Positions 27,466-43,072 of a stretch of 64,000 nucleotides of DNA are shown in pieces. Below the pieces are notes generated by a model. The model worked only from the letters and a program-made list of their open reading frames with translations. It made no database searches and was not told the origin of the DNA. The position numbers were made by a program, and so were the translations under genes. The stretch is from Octopus sinensis (taxonomy: Eukaryota), in NCBI RefSeq assembly GCF_006345805.1, contig NC_043005.1, positions 60,698,001-60,762,000 of the forward strand, read 5' to 3'. The first letter of the stretch is position 1. Each line of letters opens with the position of its first letter.

Positions 27466-28405
27466 ATTATATATATATATATATATATAATATGTATGTA
27501 TATGAGTTCGTACGTATATATATATATATATATCTATATATATATATATATATAATATATATTGTTGTGTGTGTGTGTGCGTGCGTGTGTGTGTGTGTGT
27601 GTTTAGCTACGTAGTTAAATAGAGAAATTGATACATAGATAGAAAGCAGACAGACAGATGTACAGACAGACAAACAGAGAGACAGACAGATAGACATACA
27701 TTTATGAATTGCATTATCTCAGGTTTTCTGTCAGTTTGAATTTGCCTCTATACGCCTCATTTACCTTTCTGCATCTTACACTATCTCTCACACATGCAAA
27801 GTGACATATTATGACATTTTTAATCAAGTATCTGCTGTCCAACTTGATGTAACATCACTAGGTATTAAATTATTGTTACTAATATTCCCAACTATGAAAT
27901 CAATCATTCTGCGGAAGTCTAACTGCAATAGCAAAAGAGAGGATGAGGCAATCTAGAATTTTTTGTTTGATACATGGAAATGTCTAAGGCATTGAATCTC
28001 ATGTTTAGCAATATAGTGCTAACTCCGGAAATGTTTCTCCACTAGCGTAGTTAATTCGTTTCACACTGTATGATATAACCCAATCTACCATTACATGTTC
28101 ATGCAACAGGCTCAGAAACATCTATGTAGTTCTGCCATTCTAGGTTATGTCACGTTTTTCAGCAGATAGGGCTGGAGTGCTTTGAGACTAGAATCTTTGT
28201 CTCACACTTTTAAATAGTTGTCGGAAGAAAAATGTTGAAAAGCGATAGCGTAGCCCGAGTTCACGCCTATATTTGTTTCAGTGTACATGCATACATATAT
28301 GTGCTTGTGGATTTGTCAAAGTTTGTATAAATATGGTGTGTGTATGGATAAATTGTCAAACACATGCATACAGCAAACCTATATCAAAAAGGTTGTAACA
28401 TATCA

Positions 28406-28442
<37 letters not shown>

Positions 28443-28499
28443 TATGTTCCTTGATATTAATATCTTTCAAAGTAGCAAGCTGAGAAAAGTTTAACGATG

Positions 28500-28655
28500 C
28501 ACAAGGCAAAATGCTCAGTGGCATTTCGCCCGTTCACATTCTGCCGAGGTCGACTGTAAGTTTCCTCCTCTCAGAGTTGATAAAATAAATAGAATTTGTG
28601 CATTGGGGTCAATATAATCTTCCCCGAAACTACTGGCCAAAATTTGAAACCAAGT
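28500..28655 (+). mobile_element. Degenerate OK-type SINE
   Basis: gccgaggtcgact...gttgataaaataa...ggggtcaatataat...aaaatttgaaacc. Confidence 0.6.
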
Positions 28656-30877
28656 TGAAAGGTATATAACATAACCACGGCATAAAATGGAGTATTTTAG
28701 CAAGATTAAAGATTATAATGAAAATAAATATAGGACTAGAATCTCTAACCAGCTGAAACAACTGAAATTCTAAACTGGAAGAAACGTGGACACATGTTCA
28801 TGATCCGAAGATGACTGCCCAGTTTATGGAATGGCGGCATAATCCGTTCCTAGGTCTGAAGAAGTTCCTTAGCTAGTGATCAGCACAGAAACACATAGTG
28901 ATAGAATTTTTGAAATGTTAACAAGGGCGTTGTTACGTTTGGAGCAAGTACCTGAAATTGATTTACATTCACCATCACAATGAGCAATCACACACATAGT
29001 TTGACACAAAACAGTCAATCGGCAAATTCAGTTGGCTCATGAGACACAATCCTCTGTATAGTCCAGTCCTGGTGCCTCTCATTCTCATTTTTCTTTCCAA
29101 TAAAGGAACAACTTCCAGGACTACAATATGAAGACCGGAAAGAAATTTGGTTGTGAAGAAATGGATACAAAATTGCTGACCTAAATCTTTTCAGAGAAGT
29201 GTTGAAAAAAGTGTTGAGAATTGGGTTCAATGCAAATACATCGCTTGCGATGCAGGCTTCCTTGTGTAGTATCTATGTATAGAGGAAGAGTTATTCTACC
29301 AACATATATATTTTGAACGATCTATGTCTGTTAAGAAAGTGTTTATGTTTATATTCACTTTAGCATTACGTCGAAACTAACCTTGATAAACAGACATTCC
29401 GCAACTATATCTACTTATCCAACCATAAATACTGTAACAATGTAATAATACCATAAGGCAATAATATATCTTGAAACAGTGACACTTCTTCATAGTATAA
29501 CCTCCCAATTAAAGAGCAATTTCATATATCCCAGGAAACTATATGAAAAAATTATATTCTGAGCTCAAATCCAGTTAATAAATACAGTGTAAGCAAAATA
29601 ATTTGTATTTCAATTCTATATTGATTAATTTTTATTTTAAAATTTTATCCTTCAGAATCAATATTACCATCAATGGTAAATAACATTTAGGTAGATATAA
29701 AATCTATACATGTGCGTTACATGTGAATATATGTGTATTCGGTGCTGTATATAGTATATATATATTTATATAGCTCATTCTTGAGGCGCATATTTTAATT
29801 ATTGATTTCTTATAATTTCAGTGTGAGAAGTGGGAAATATATGTTTCTTTAGTTATCATGAAACCAGTCGTATTTCTACGTATATAATTTGTCGTTCTTA
29901 TGTGTCTCATCTATATACTCTAACCCAAAGCATAAATTCGACGATTTAATTACTTCTTAAATTTTAGATTTTAATTTCAATTTCACAATTAGCGCCTTAA
30001 ATTTCAATTTCTCACATAACTGTCATCTACGCTCAATAATTTATCAAATTAAATCAGTCTCATGTTTGAATAGTAACAACAAAGCATCACGATTTAGATC
30101 CTTATTAACATGATAGAGCTTACTAGTATCTTGTGAATTAATGTATAATAAATTAGATTACTCCTATTAATAAGAGATATGTGAATATGAGCAAACATAC
30201 ATCAGAAATATACACGAATAAACAAAGCGGACACAACTAAATGTTGCTATTCACCAAAGAAAATAAACTGATGTACAACATGCAGAAAGAGAATAGTTAA
30301 ATAGCATGTACACACACATACCAATAATAACATACAGTCGATCTTTCCAATTAATTCTCACATAATATTTAAAAGGTAATAATCACACTAGAAGAACGTT
30401 AATATATACGTTATGACAACAGATAATTAATCCACACATCAGGTGCCGGAATCACAGTTTAGTTCTATACATTGTTATTAAATATATCTCATTGTTATTT
30501 CACAAATGATTTCAACAGTGACCACATAAATATAGCACCAAAGACAATTATATAGAGATGATTCACAATTAAATATCATTTCAAGAATAGTTACAAAGAA
30601 AACGATATGTATATATATATATCTATATATATATAGATATATAATATATATATACGCGTATTCAATAAATTTTATACTACTATAATGCAATTAAGGTGGC
30701 CTGATAGCACAATTTGTTGCACCCCGAGCAATTTCCTGTAATTAAGTTTCTGTAGGATATTGTATTTCCTTTTATGCAAACTATCAAATTATATATATGC
30801 ATGTGTGTGTGTATGTGCGTATGTGTTGTGTGTATGTGCGTATGTGTTGTGTGTATGTGTATGTGTGTGTGTGTGTG

Positions 30878-30918
<41 letters not shown>

Positions 30919-31269
30919 TTTTCTTGTTTACATCTTCCTAGACTACCATGAGAATATTGCTACACGACTTCAGATCCAATGTGGGTATTTCTAATCAAGC
31001 AGTGATTAATAAATCTTAGCCTCTACTTTCATGTTGCCTCTGATATGTGTGATGGCTTTGACATTTTATAGCACCTTGTTCGTCAAGTGATGACGCCAAA
31101 GGTATTTCGTACAGAACTGTGCATTCAAAAGTACGTGCTATTTACCCCTTTCTTCATGGGGGCTGCGAATGACATACGCTAAAAATTCATTCAGCTGCAG
31201 TTCTGTAGATGTGTATTTCCCGGACGATCAGATTTCCCTCCTTTCGCATTCCTTATTTATCTTGATTTC

Positions 31270-31830
31270 CATATCTGACTAGCTAACTAGTTTGTTGAAT
31301 GCAGTCGAGGCGTCAAGACGCTCGTTGTGCAACAAATTTTGCGTTTAGCTGAGTAAAAACGCTACAGATATTGCTGAATTCTCCGACATGCTTATGGATT
31401 AACTTTTCTGAGACGAACATCTGTTTCTAGCTGGTATGAGAGGTTCATGTGTGATAGAGAAAAGGTGAGAGATGATGAGAAATGTGGAGGAAGAGGGATA
31501 TCAGACTTAGTTAAGAAAATATGCAATTTTCTGGATGAAGACCATCGTGCATCTGTAAAGAAAATAAGCATGTAGTTTCGTGTTAGTATGATAACAGTAA
31601 AAAGAATTGTTCATGTGCAAAAACTTCGGCAAAGTTTTTCCCAGGGTGCTCATTGACCAAAAGTAAGCTCTATGGAAGAATCCTGAATCCTGGCTTTTCC
31701 ACACCCAAGATAGCCAGGCAAAGCAAGTGCACGGAAAGTTCATGATGACCGATTTTTTCGACAGCACGAGCATCATCTACATCCGTTATGCTCCCTCTGA
31801 CCAAACAGTCAGCAAAGAATAACCCTCAAA
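31270..31830 (+). mobile_element. Mariner transposase remnant
   Basis: Decayed AKFFPRVL and P(R/K)..ARQSKC..KFMMT.FFDSTSIIY....SDQTVSKE segments match mariner transposases. Confidence 0.75.
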
Positions 31831-32234
31831 CGTTCTTGAATGCTCATTGTATATATTGTGTTACAGTAGTGTTGATATAAAATCCGATCTAACCAATATC
31901 CAAACTATCTAGGAGGATATTAACATATTTCATATGTTTATGTATCATTCACAGATTGCCGGATTACTCACCATACTTTATAGACAAGACATCTATTACC
32001 TCCTTTCTCGTATAAAAAAACTCAAACCAGACTGATTTTTGTTTTAGTTCGGTATTTTAAATAGTCGAGGCACAAAAAAATTGGGGTTTGATTATTCATT
32101 TTTATACTCTTTGTGATCTAGTTATATGTTTTATAAAAATATATTTTATTTGTCATTTATTTTGGTTTATGTCTATCATTGTTTGAATTGCCTAATAGGG
32201 GTTTTATTTCTAATTTATATTATATATATATATA

Positions 32235-32277
<43 letters not shown>

Positions 32278-32439
32278 CAGAGATGTACTTGTATAGCAAG
32301 TGACTTGATCTGAGATCGTGTGCTGGAACGAAAACAATTGCATCATGTAGGGTGTTTATAAGCCATTTAAAACACAAATACCGTTAGATTCACTTCAACA
32401 TTTAAATTTAATTTGCCAAAATATTTCCTTCCTAATCAT

Positions 32440-32940
32440 AATCATTATAATGTCTTTGTAACCATTTCTGAATACCCTTTTTTATAACACTTTAAACAAT
32501 GGTTTTAATTTAGACCATCATTTGATTTTTACTTTACTATTTCAGTTTCTTTTGTTCTTTTCATCCTGCTATAGTCTGTGAGATTTGCTTTCTAGTTCCC
32601 TTTCTTTCTCTTACTCTTTCTCTCCTTTTCTCCTCCCCTTCTCTCTCTTTCACTCTCTTCCTCTCTGGCCTATTGTATCCCTCATTCTTGATTATATGTA
32701 TTCCACTATACTTATACCATATGTTACATATTTATTATATCACACCTTGATACTGTGTAGATAAAGATCGCCGTTGACAGTTCACTGTATTTATAGAGTG
32801 TTAAACACGATATGTAAGTTAAGGACTCCTTCACAGAGTAATTGTTGCGTTTGTTGAAAAGAAAAAAAAATTGGCTAATTGTTTCTCTGGAGACTGTCAG
32901 AATGATATGAACGCCTCTGATGAGAACCCAATAAGGTTCA
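32440..32940 (+). mobile_element. Penelope-like 3' end/pLTR remnant ending in a truncated hammerhead
   Basis: LNNGFNL-like ORF end, CT-rich tract, then CTGATGA GAACC-caataa-GGTTC (32917-32939) with no GAAA after it. Confidence 0.55.
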
Positions 32941-35900
32941 TCATCTTTTCAGTCTGCGGAGATTTGGCTAAAATTTTTCCTGTTTATAATTATATCTTAC
33001 CTTACAATGTATGCTTCGTCTTTTCTTTTACGTGATAACATCACTTATTCTCCACCCTCTTGTTTGTATTGCTATCACTGTTATAATACTACATACCAAC
33101 GTACATTGTGATTTATTCTACTAACATTTGGCTAAACTACCTACGCAAAAAAATTCTCACCTAAACACGGGCGATTGTGCCTACTTCTCTTTCTAAAATA
33201 TTTTTATGCAAACATTTGACGAACAGATCCTCATCTTTGACGCTAGTGCGCCCAATTCAACATAAACATCATTACTGAATTTAGTTTGGATAATCCGATT
33301 GCAAAGTCAAGCATAGAGATCCTAAATATGCAAAGAGATCGCGAACATTTAATTCACATATCAATAATCTAAAATAATGTTTCAGCAGATGCAATATTTA
33401 TGACGGCGAAATATGTTTGAGTTGCTCAAAAGTAAAATATCTCATTTCTAGTATTATTATAGCTGTTATTATGCAACTTTTATGTTTCTTGTTCCAGTTT
33501 CATGGCCATATGCTTAGAAAATAATCCAGAATTTCAACAACGCTGCCGCCATTTATTTGAACATAACTTTCTATTTCTGGTTGCTAAAGATAAGAGTATA
33601 TACACACATATATATTATATATATATATATATATATCTTTTTATCTTTCAATGACTTATTGAACTCTCCCTATCACTATACAAGTCGTTGAAGCTCAGCT
33701 TAAAACTTTACCCCTGCAATGTAAATTTTGTATGTAGGCGAATCCTTCACTGCAGTATGGGTGCTTATCTACATCAATTTAGTACCTATCAATATTTCTC
33801 CAGGCACGACAAAAATTTAATATTTTTTCTTTCAGAATAGGATTAGCCATTCGCGCAAATACATATTTTCTCCAAATGTGTTATTTCGTTTTAAAATATT
33901 ACTTTCAATTATTTATTCAATCGAAAGCATTTTAGCAATAGTGTTCAATTTCACAACTTTCCCTGCCTTACTCTGGTTTATTTATGTTGTGACACTTTGT
34001 ACATTCCTTCCACCACCAATTGCATCATACACATTCTCGTATTTTATTCATTTTTGAATCGAGTTACTCCATTAGTATACATAAAGCGCACACAAGATTA
34101 CATTTCACACAATTACAGCAGATCGTTTGATTTATATAAATCCACACAAATTTAGGTTTGATTGTTTTCTATTTGCGAACCCAACAAATTGTATTTGATA
34201 CATCATGGGCCTTAAGTTAAATGTATGGAAGGTATAAACCTTCCATCTAATGATATAAAATGCTCATTTCATTTTCTGTCGTCATCGAAGTGATTTTTCT
34301 TCCAATTTTACTAAGGTAATTCCGATATCAAAATCTGCGTGCAATTATAACGGGTACCAAATTAGGTTTCTGCATATATTTAATAATATTTCAAAATCAA
34401 AAATTTGCCTGCGTGTTGTTTGAAACAAATATATCGTATATCTTATGGTTATGGCCATAAAAAATGAATTATTATTAAGCAAGTCCGTCCTGTTTTTCTT
34501 TTTTAGAAAATTATTCTTTATATATTAAATGTAAGATGGCGTTTGATAACGCTATTTTTTCTTACTATTGTATCTATCTGATGTTATCGTTTATATTCAA
34601 TATATTGAAATGTATTCGTTGAAAGATTCAAGGTTATAAATGAATTTACTTTTCAGTTTTATGAGAAATACCCAAACAGAAAAAATAAGGCAATTTATTC
34701 ATGAGAAAGATAAGAAAAGAAAGCACAGTAATTGTTTGATTTAATATGATAGGAAAGATTTACTTTTCCATCATAAATTGCATTTCATATTTAAAATGTT
34801 GATTTACCTTTCACAATAAGCCATCACTTATTAAATTGAAAATTATGCAATGCACACACAAACATGTGTAAATATATAACTAAATAAGTGTGTGTGTGAC
34901 TGTGTATGCATTTACATGTGCACACACACATATATATATATATTATATTATATTATACTATATCATATTATGTTATATTAATGTGCATATATCTGTTTGC
35001 ATGCATGTATATGTATTCACTGGTAAAGACTAATGTTAAGAAACGGAGAAAGAACTAAGCACACAAAAGTATATATTACCAGATGCGAAAGAGTTTCTTC
35101 CCAATTCTGATTGCTGGAAAAGTTTCGGGAATAGAAGCAGGATTACATTGAATAGACGAATATATATATATAAGTACATTGAAATATATGATCGATTAAC
35201 ATCATATAGTAATTTCAAAGGTTGCCAAATAACTCTTTGAAAAGTCCATCGTAATATTATGCATTTACTAAGTGCTGCTCTGTGTCATACATTCATGCAT
35301 TTTCTACCATATGAACGGTGTAACAAGTGTTGTTAATGAAGCATTAATGTTGATGAGTATATGGCAAGTAACTAGATATGGCATTCCCGTTGAGCAGGAT
35401 TTAAGTTTCGCAGAGCATTTACTTCTTTAAAATTCGCTAGCTTATAGTAACAAAATTGTTTATCTTTGAAATTAATCATTTTGACTTTGAAAGAAAAATA
35501 ATGTCTTAAGTAAAACAAAAACCAATTAATATCTTTCGCGGAATAAGTTACACAATGTTACAAAACAATTTCAAACAAATTTAGGCTACGTAAGACAAAT
35601 TTGAAATGCTTGCATGAAAACGACAGCGTCATAGATAATAGTATCATACATACCTATAAGAAGAATAATATAGCAATAATTCCTTTTAGAAGCAACGGAA
35701 ATTGTATATCATGAGCTACGTGTTATATTTATAAAGCATAATTTTCATGACTAACGGGAGCGTAGGTCTATTTATCTTGTGATAAAAGAATTAGATTTAA
35801 TCAGAAAAGAATATTTTAAATTCTATGTATTTTAACATTAAACTCATGAACTGTGTACTATTTGTAGAAGAAAAATTTATCTGGGCATCTCCAAATTGTT

Positions 35901-36897
35901 ACTTTCCACTATAGAGTCCTAATTGTCAATAAGCAATTTCTTTCTGCAAGAATCATTAATTGGATTTTTATTCCGATTAATACGTCAGATATATATAAAT
36001 ATATATATATATATATTGCTTATGTTAGGTAATCTGCTTAACGTTATTATTTTGAAATGTGGACAAATGCTAAATAATATAGATTCGGAATTCGTTAACA
36101 ACAGACCTGAAGTATTTGAAATGAGAGATTTGTACATCTTAAACGTAATCAGAAGTGATTCTATGCCACGTTATTTACCGTGAAGGTATATACTTTAATT
36201 TAAGATGTATGGCTTACCATACTATGATTCAGGTTTGAAAGATATCTAAAGAGCTACATTTAGAGGTTATAGCTTATACTAATTTAATAATAATCATTTA
36301 TAACTAATATTAGATTTATACACGCGTATATTCTGCCAATAAGATTAGCATACACATCATAGCATATTGATATAAATTTCAACCATTACCGATCATTGCT
36401 ACAAAAATAAATTTTTAACATCATTAAACACATTTACAGTATATATACTGAACGGTAATTTTATTGCGTTGATTAGATATTAGATATTATTTAGATTCAA
36501 ATATAGAATACTTTATTTGAATCTAGATATTTCAAACGCAACATCGCAAATAATATGGACAAACATGCGAAAGCAAATCTCTTCCTTTATATGGCTTTAA
36601 AATCTTTACATGGTTTTAAAATCTTTACATGATTTTAAAATCTTTATATGGTTTTAAATTATATTGGCCTGCTTGATAGCTTAAGCAACATTTTTCGTGC
36701 CAAGCATTCTCTGGTAGAGAGTGTGTATTTGGCTTCGTGAAAAGAAAACATTATCAAAATGTAACTCTTGTCTTAAATAACAAAATATTATGATATCAAG
36801 TACCTGAATACGAAACACATTTTCTGACAAATTTTTGACAGAGTCATATCCCAATATGTTGTTAATTTCTTATGGCACGGTGGGTGTGCATTTGTGC

Positions 36898-36929
<32 letters not shown>

Positions 36930-38053
36930 TATAATATATATAATATATATATATAATGATCTGTGTATCCCCACGATGCTATGCTTCATTGATCACTTGA
37001 ATACTTGAAAACTGAAAGAGCTATATTTTAAGAAGTATCATGAGATATATATGTGGGGTAGGGGTCATTGACTCTGTGTTTCTGTCTGTGCTTGTGTGTA
37101 TGTATGTGTGAGTGTCTCTATATGTGCTGGTGTGTGTATGTATAAACATACACAAGCACATATATATAATTTATGCATAATTTTCAGTGTTCTAAAAGCA
37201 TATAGAAATATCAGTCTAGTGTAGACATTCGCAAAGATATTGATAGATACAAAAACAAATAGATAGTCAAACAAAGAAAGATATTGTGAGACAGACAGAC
37301 AAACATATAGACAGACAGATGCATACGTACATGATACATACATTCAAACATGCATGCATGTATACATATATACATACATATATACACACATACATGCGTA
37401 CATACATGCATGCATAGATAAACAGATAGACAGACAGAAAGACAAATAGATAGATAGATATGCTAATTGAACATATTAAAACACAGATTCTTTTAGAAAT
37501 TACAACACTAGCTTGATCAATATATTTTATATGATATTAAATATTAAATATTGCTATAGAATTACATAAGTACATCTTTGAAACCCTATGTATTCTATTG
37601 TTTGCCTGTAGTCGTATTTTTAATTCCTCATATTCTACAATTACAAAATAATCTTAAATTATTAAAGAAAGAACCAAATGAATCCTTTAGGCACTATAAG
37701 CGAGAAAGCAATCTAAATTTATATCGGCATTGATAAAGAAATACTATCGGCAACGTAGGTTTAACAAAAGGATGATGATAGGTTAATCTGAAAAATCAGT
37801 AAGACCGAACTGTTGTAATAGGTTTCTGTATTTAAAACATTGCAAACGAATCGGAAATTGCCTTCCATCAGATATTACATGAAAACTTATAATCGGAAAT
37901 TAGTTTTAAATAAAAGTTTTATATAAGTTTATATTTAAGTCAAATCTGTCAAGGTAATTACACTAGTGACATATTCTCTGCAATAGACTGTGGACGGATA
38001 GCTCTATATATATGTATATATATATACATATATATATATGCAAGCATACATAC

Positions 38054-38092
<39 letters not shown>

Positions 38093-38942
38093 ATATATAT
38101 ACAAGTATTATTTTGCGTATTCGTCTTCAACTTCTACTGCTTATATATCTCCTAATTATTATTATTATTTATTGTTGTTGTTGTTGTTTTTGTTATCACT
38201 ATCATCATCCTCATCATCATTATCATCATCATCATGCTCATCATTATCATATTCATCATCAAAAGGAAATGAGTTCAAGAGAAACATTTTATTTTGCCTG
38301 AAGACACGACAAGGGTGGTATTTGGATGGTGGGGAGGATGATTTGCTCATTGATGTTAATAAAACATATGTTGACTATCAGCTCAAGTACATTTACTTTT
38401 CTTCCCTATATATATGTGCGTGTCTGTGCGTGCGTGTTTATGATCATAACAAGCTTATCATTGTCTATATAATTTACATCGCCAAAGTCATCAAGCACAC
38501 GAAAACATAAATGGTCGCAGATGAAACTACTGCTGTAAAAATTTATCAATGGATAAAGAAAGTTTATCAAAAACCCACTTTGATCTGCATGTTGCAAGTC
38601 AATGAGAGGACAGAAAGAACATACTGTAAAATGAAGGGAGATCTGAACTCATACACGAAAGAAAAGGGAATGCGCTCTAACAACCACACGCTCTTCCTCC
38701 TCTGGGGAATCATTCATAGTATCCAAAATATCCAATAGTATCAGAAAAATTAAGCATTATACTATTCAGCATAAATAAAAGTCAACTTCGTTAAATTTAA
38801 ACCATTAATATTTTCTGTAATAACCTATTCTCACATTAAATGAGTTAACTTCCGGTACGAATGTTTACGTTTTGTATATCTTTTATCACCAAAAAAATTA
38901 AAAAAGAATTCTTGAAACGATCTACACCCATACATATACAGA

Positions 38943-38982
<40 letters not shown>

Positions 38983-39146
38983 CAAAAGGTTTGTGAGGAA
39001 GTGAGAGAGTTTTGAAACAGTTCCCAAGAAAATTGTGAAATAAAATCAATGGCGAAATCGTATTTATTATATATTGTACTCTGTATCCAATATCGTTCCC
39101 TTTCATTAGCGAGTTTCCCCACCTCAATTATACAACCCTAATTCTG

Positions 39147-39220
<74 letters not shown>

Positions 39221-40914
39221 CATATATATATATATTTCATGTGTATATATGTATTTATGTATGTACGTATAACACGAATCCTGAAATTTGATTTTCCACT
39301 AAGATTCAATTTCAGAATCGAATCGTTGTCTAACTTTTACTGTTCCGATCAGTGTTCAGTGTACCATTCTAACTGAACGGTGGATGGTTTACACATGGAC
39401 ATGATATGCTTAACTCTAATTAATTATACCATATATTTGACTTTGTAAAATATTGATATTTGTTTAAGAGAAAAGAAACAAATCTTCTATCGAGCCATAA
39501 GGTGCGTTATTTAAAACTAATAGCATTTTGTCACTGCATTGTTTAATTACAGGATTTTTTTCAAGCAGATGTGAACATTTTTCTCTGTACATTCATGTCT
39601 TGGTCTCTGCCTAATCGTCATAATGTCTCAATTTTGGATGTATAAATGTTTCAAATGTATTTTGAGTATACATATGAAAGTGTTTCATATAAGCTTATAT
39701 AAAAATGTATTATTTGTTACATTACGCAAAACCTTTGCCGTTTATAAATAAATCCGAATTTGAAACTCGCTTGTGTTTCGTAGAAAGAAATAGCTATTCA
39801 ATGAAATTTGATTTGTTCATTCCATTTAGGCAACGCTAATTTGAGAATGCATTTGCCGTTTAGCGATATGCTTGGAACATTTGCGAAAAGAAAATAATAA
39901 AGTAAAAAAAAACAAGAATTGTTTGCAATATGTGCATTCCTTGAAATATATTACGTTTTTTGTCTCTGCTATTACAATATAATGTTAATTCCACTCCGTA
40001 TCGTTCCAAAAAATCAGGGATTCGTAAGAAAGCTTGTTATTTAAATATCGGCAATATTACTAACAGCATAACTCCATTATCAACAGAGATGTATTATTTA
40101 CGATGAAATAATCGATGAACAATGACTGCTTAGTATTAAACTGGGCACGGGGAACATTTTCCCGGAACGAATTTCTTTTAGCTCTTTACATATAATACAT
40201 AAGGTAATAAATTCGATTTCCAAAATCATAAAATAAACAATATATCAAAAAGAATAATTCAGTTCGTTCTCAAATGCTTTCTACCATTTCTCGTCATACT
40301 TTGGTGATGAAGAGGTTTGTTTCATTTTTTTTTTTCTGAAACTGATTTGCGAAAATTACTCATTCAAACGATTCTAGAGAAACAAACTGATTTACAAAAA
40401 TATATTTTGTTTTGAAGAATTCTAGTAACCTCTGTCATACGTCACCACACGTATCTCCCTCTCCTCAAGATGGATTCGAGTCGACACAAATATATATTCC
40501 GTGCTGTTCAAAGCTCTCTCTCTCTCTCTCTGTACTATGTAACCATCAGTTAAACTCTTACCCTTATGTCAGTGTTTTCTTGTTTTTCATTTTTCTGTTT
40601 TCAAAAATTTATACTTTTATTCCTCTAAGAAATCGTGATCATCCCGTGAGCAGTAGTAAATCGCAGGCAAAGCCTTTAACATCACAATCACAACTATTCC
40701 AATTCTATATAACTCTACCCACCAGTTCGGACACCTTGCATGCACACGCACACACACACACACTCACACACACACACACACTCACTCACACACACACATT
40801 GTGAAACTACTTTCATCTATCTAAAATTATACATGGCTATTGGCTCTGATAATGTTCCCTTCTTTACAACCGAGATCTGGCGCTCTTTTCCCAGAAAATA
40901 TTTCATTTTCTCCT

Positions 40915-40989
<75 letters not shown>

Positions 40990-41307
40990 AATAACCTTCG
41001 GAAAAATTTCGCTGTGCGTTCACTCCCAAAAGAATCAAACTCTGTGACACCTGAAACTGATGTCTTTTAATTTCTAAGATAATGGAAACAGCCATTAACA
41101 ACTACGTCTTTCAACACTTTGAATCCTATTCTTGTAACCGTCTCTCTCTCGCTCTCTTTTACTCTAATTCTCTCTTTTTTGTCTTTCGGTCGGTCTATCT
41201 CTTTCTCTTTCCCACACCTTTCCCTTACTCCCTCTCCTTCTCTTTGTCCTCTTCTCTCTCCTCTTCTCTCTCTCCCCTTCATTCTTCTCTCTCTCCCTCC
41301 TATCACG

Positions 41308-41393
<86 letters not shown>

Positions 41394-41395
41394 GT
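40915..41395. repeat. (CT)n-rich tracts
   Basis: Direct reading. Confidence 0.9.
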
Positions 41396-41995
41396 GCTTT
41401 GTGTCTTTCTAGAGTATGATCCACTTGTGTCTTGCTTTCTAGCGCAATCCACAAATGGGCTTTGCTTTAGAAAACGTTACCTAAATCAATGTTTTCGCTC
41501 TCATATGTACTTGTCATATGACCATAGTTAGCATACGAAACATCTAAACTGCCCTATATGAGTTTTTTCCACGTTTCTCCGCATGGACAAATAGTTCCCT
41601 ATCATATCGTAGTGCTGGCTCGTGTTGACATGTGTCCCTCCTTCTAGCAACTCCGGCGTGGTATGGATTCGGATTTGTTCACCAATCTCTGTATTCTATA
41701 CATCAATTACGCATATAACACCAAAACTGTAACGTTCATTTCTAGCGGCGATGCACCTACTTTCATTATTGTGTAACATTTCTTCAACCTTCGCTAACCA
41801 CTTGCAATCTGAACATCACGTTCTAATCTAGACTAAAGCTTACGGGAACCTGCATCGAAAGTATCCTTCAATGAATATGTGCAAAATATATCTTTTCACA
41901 GAGCAAGAAAACACAAAGGCTATCATAGTAAGAAACATACAGCCTATAATGATAAGTAACACTCAATTATATGCATATATACACACACACATATA

Positions 41996-43072
41996 CGGGT
42001 GCGTAAGGTATTTGGGAACAAATAATAACAGAAAGCAACTTTATTAATCAAAAGACTTTATTAATGAAAAAATATGCATATAAACTCGCTTAACGACTTT
42101 ATAATCTTAACCAATGTAGACACCTTCAGCATATATGACTGGTTCTTTGCGAGATCTGAATCGTCTACATTACCGAATTAAATGGTCCTGGTTCATGTCA
42201 GACATTACTCTGATTAAGATGGCTTTCGAAGAATCGTTGGTGTTATGGAGATGTTGATTGACTTCTGCCTCACATAGAGTAGTCTAATGCAGTCTAATCT
42301 GGTGAGCTTGGAAGCGAAATTTGAGGGGAAATATAGTCAGGAAAATTGTCACCCATCCACACTTGGGTTGCTTGAGACTTACGTGATGGCATAGAGTCCT
42401 GCTGAAACAGGTACGGTCTTCCATTGCGTACTTTATCTATCTTGAAAACTGTATACAGCCAGCAGAGTTAACTTCAAGGGTTTATGGAAAGATGTGAGGT
42501 AGCATTATATGCCGTTCTTTACTGATAACTCCAAATGCAGGAAATTTTGTATGGATGACTGCTTGCAATTCAGAACGGTCTGGACATAATGATCAGTCAC
42601 TTATTCTGTTAGTCTTTTGGTCCTAGTTAAAGTTTTCTTTCCTGAGAAAAACCAAATCATGTCATGTTCTGGATTTTTCGAACAAGAATTTACCTCTCAT
42701 CATCACTTAAGATTTGTATCTGATGTCTTCGTGTGCAACTTTTCTGGCACATGGAGATGATTTGCAATTTACCTCATGGATTATCTTAGATCTCCGTCCA
42801 TGGTTTCCTGAACCTGTTGAATAAATTCGCATGTTCTGATGGAATTAGAGCGTTGAGAATGCACTTTGTATTTCGATACTAATAACTTTCTATACGAGGC
42901 TTCTAACTGCTTGCGAAGTTTGTAGACGAAAGATCTAGTGGCTTTGCAAAACTGAGCTATCTCTAAATCACCGTGCTCAGTCTTTAAGGCCTTAATTACA
43001 GCATGCATCTTCGTTGGTTGTGTCAGCTGAGTGTTTAACGTTATTATTTTCTTAAACAGCCAACGCACTCTG
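41996..43072 (-). mobile_element. Tc1/mariner-superfamily (maT-like) element, decayed, TA-flanked
   Basis: Left TIR ta|cgggtgcgtaaggtatttg; transposase N-terminus KMHAVIKALKTEHGDLEIAQF...; homologous to 57567-58530. Confidence 0.75.

Noticed and set aside
28740-29280. Coding-looking segment (host exon or Tx1/L1 3' end)
   Set aside because: Stops in all frames and no diagnostic motif
36590-36660. 20-bp minisatellite (ttttaaaatctttacatg) x3, and a 26-bp tandem at 18835-18885
   Set aside because: Ordinary slippage duplications
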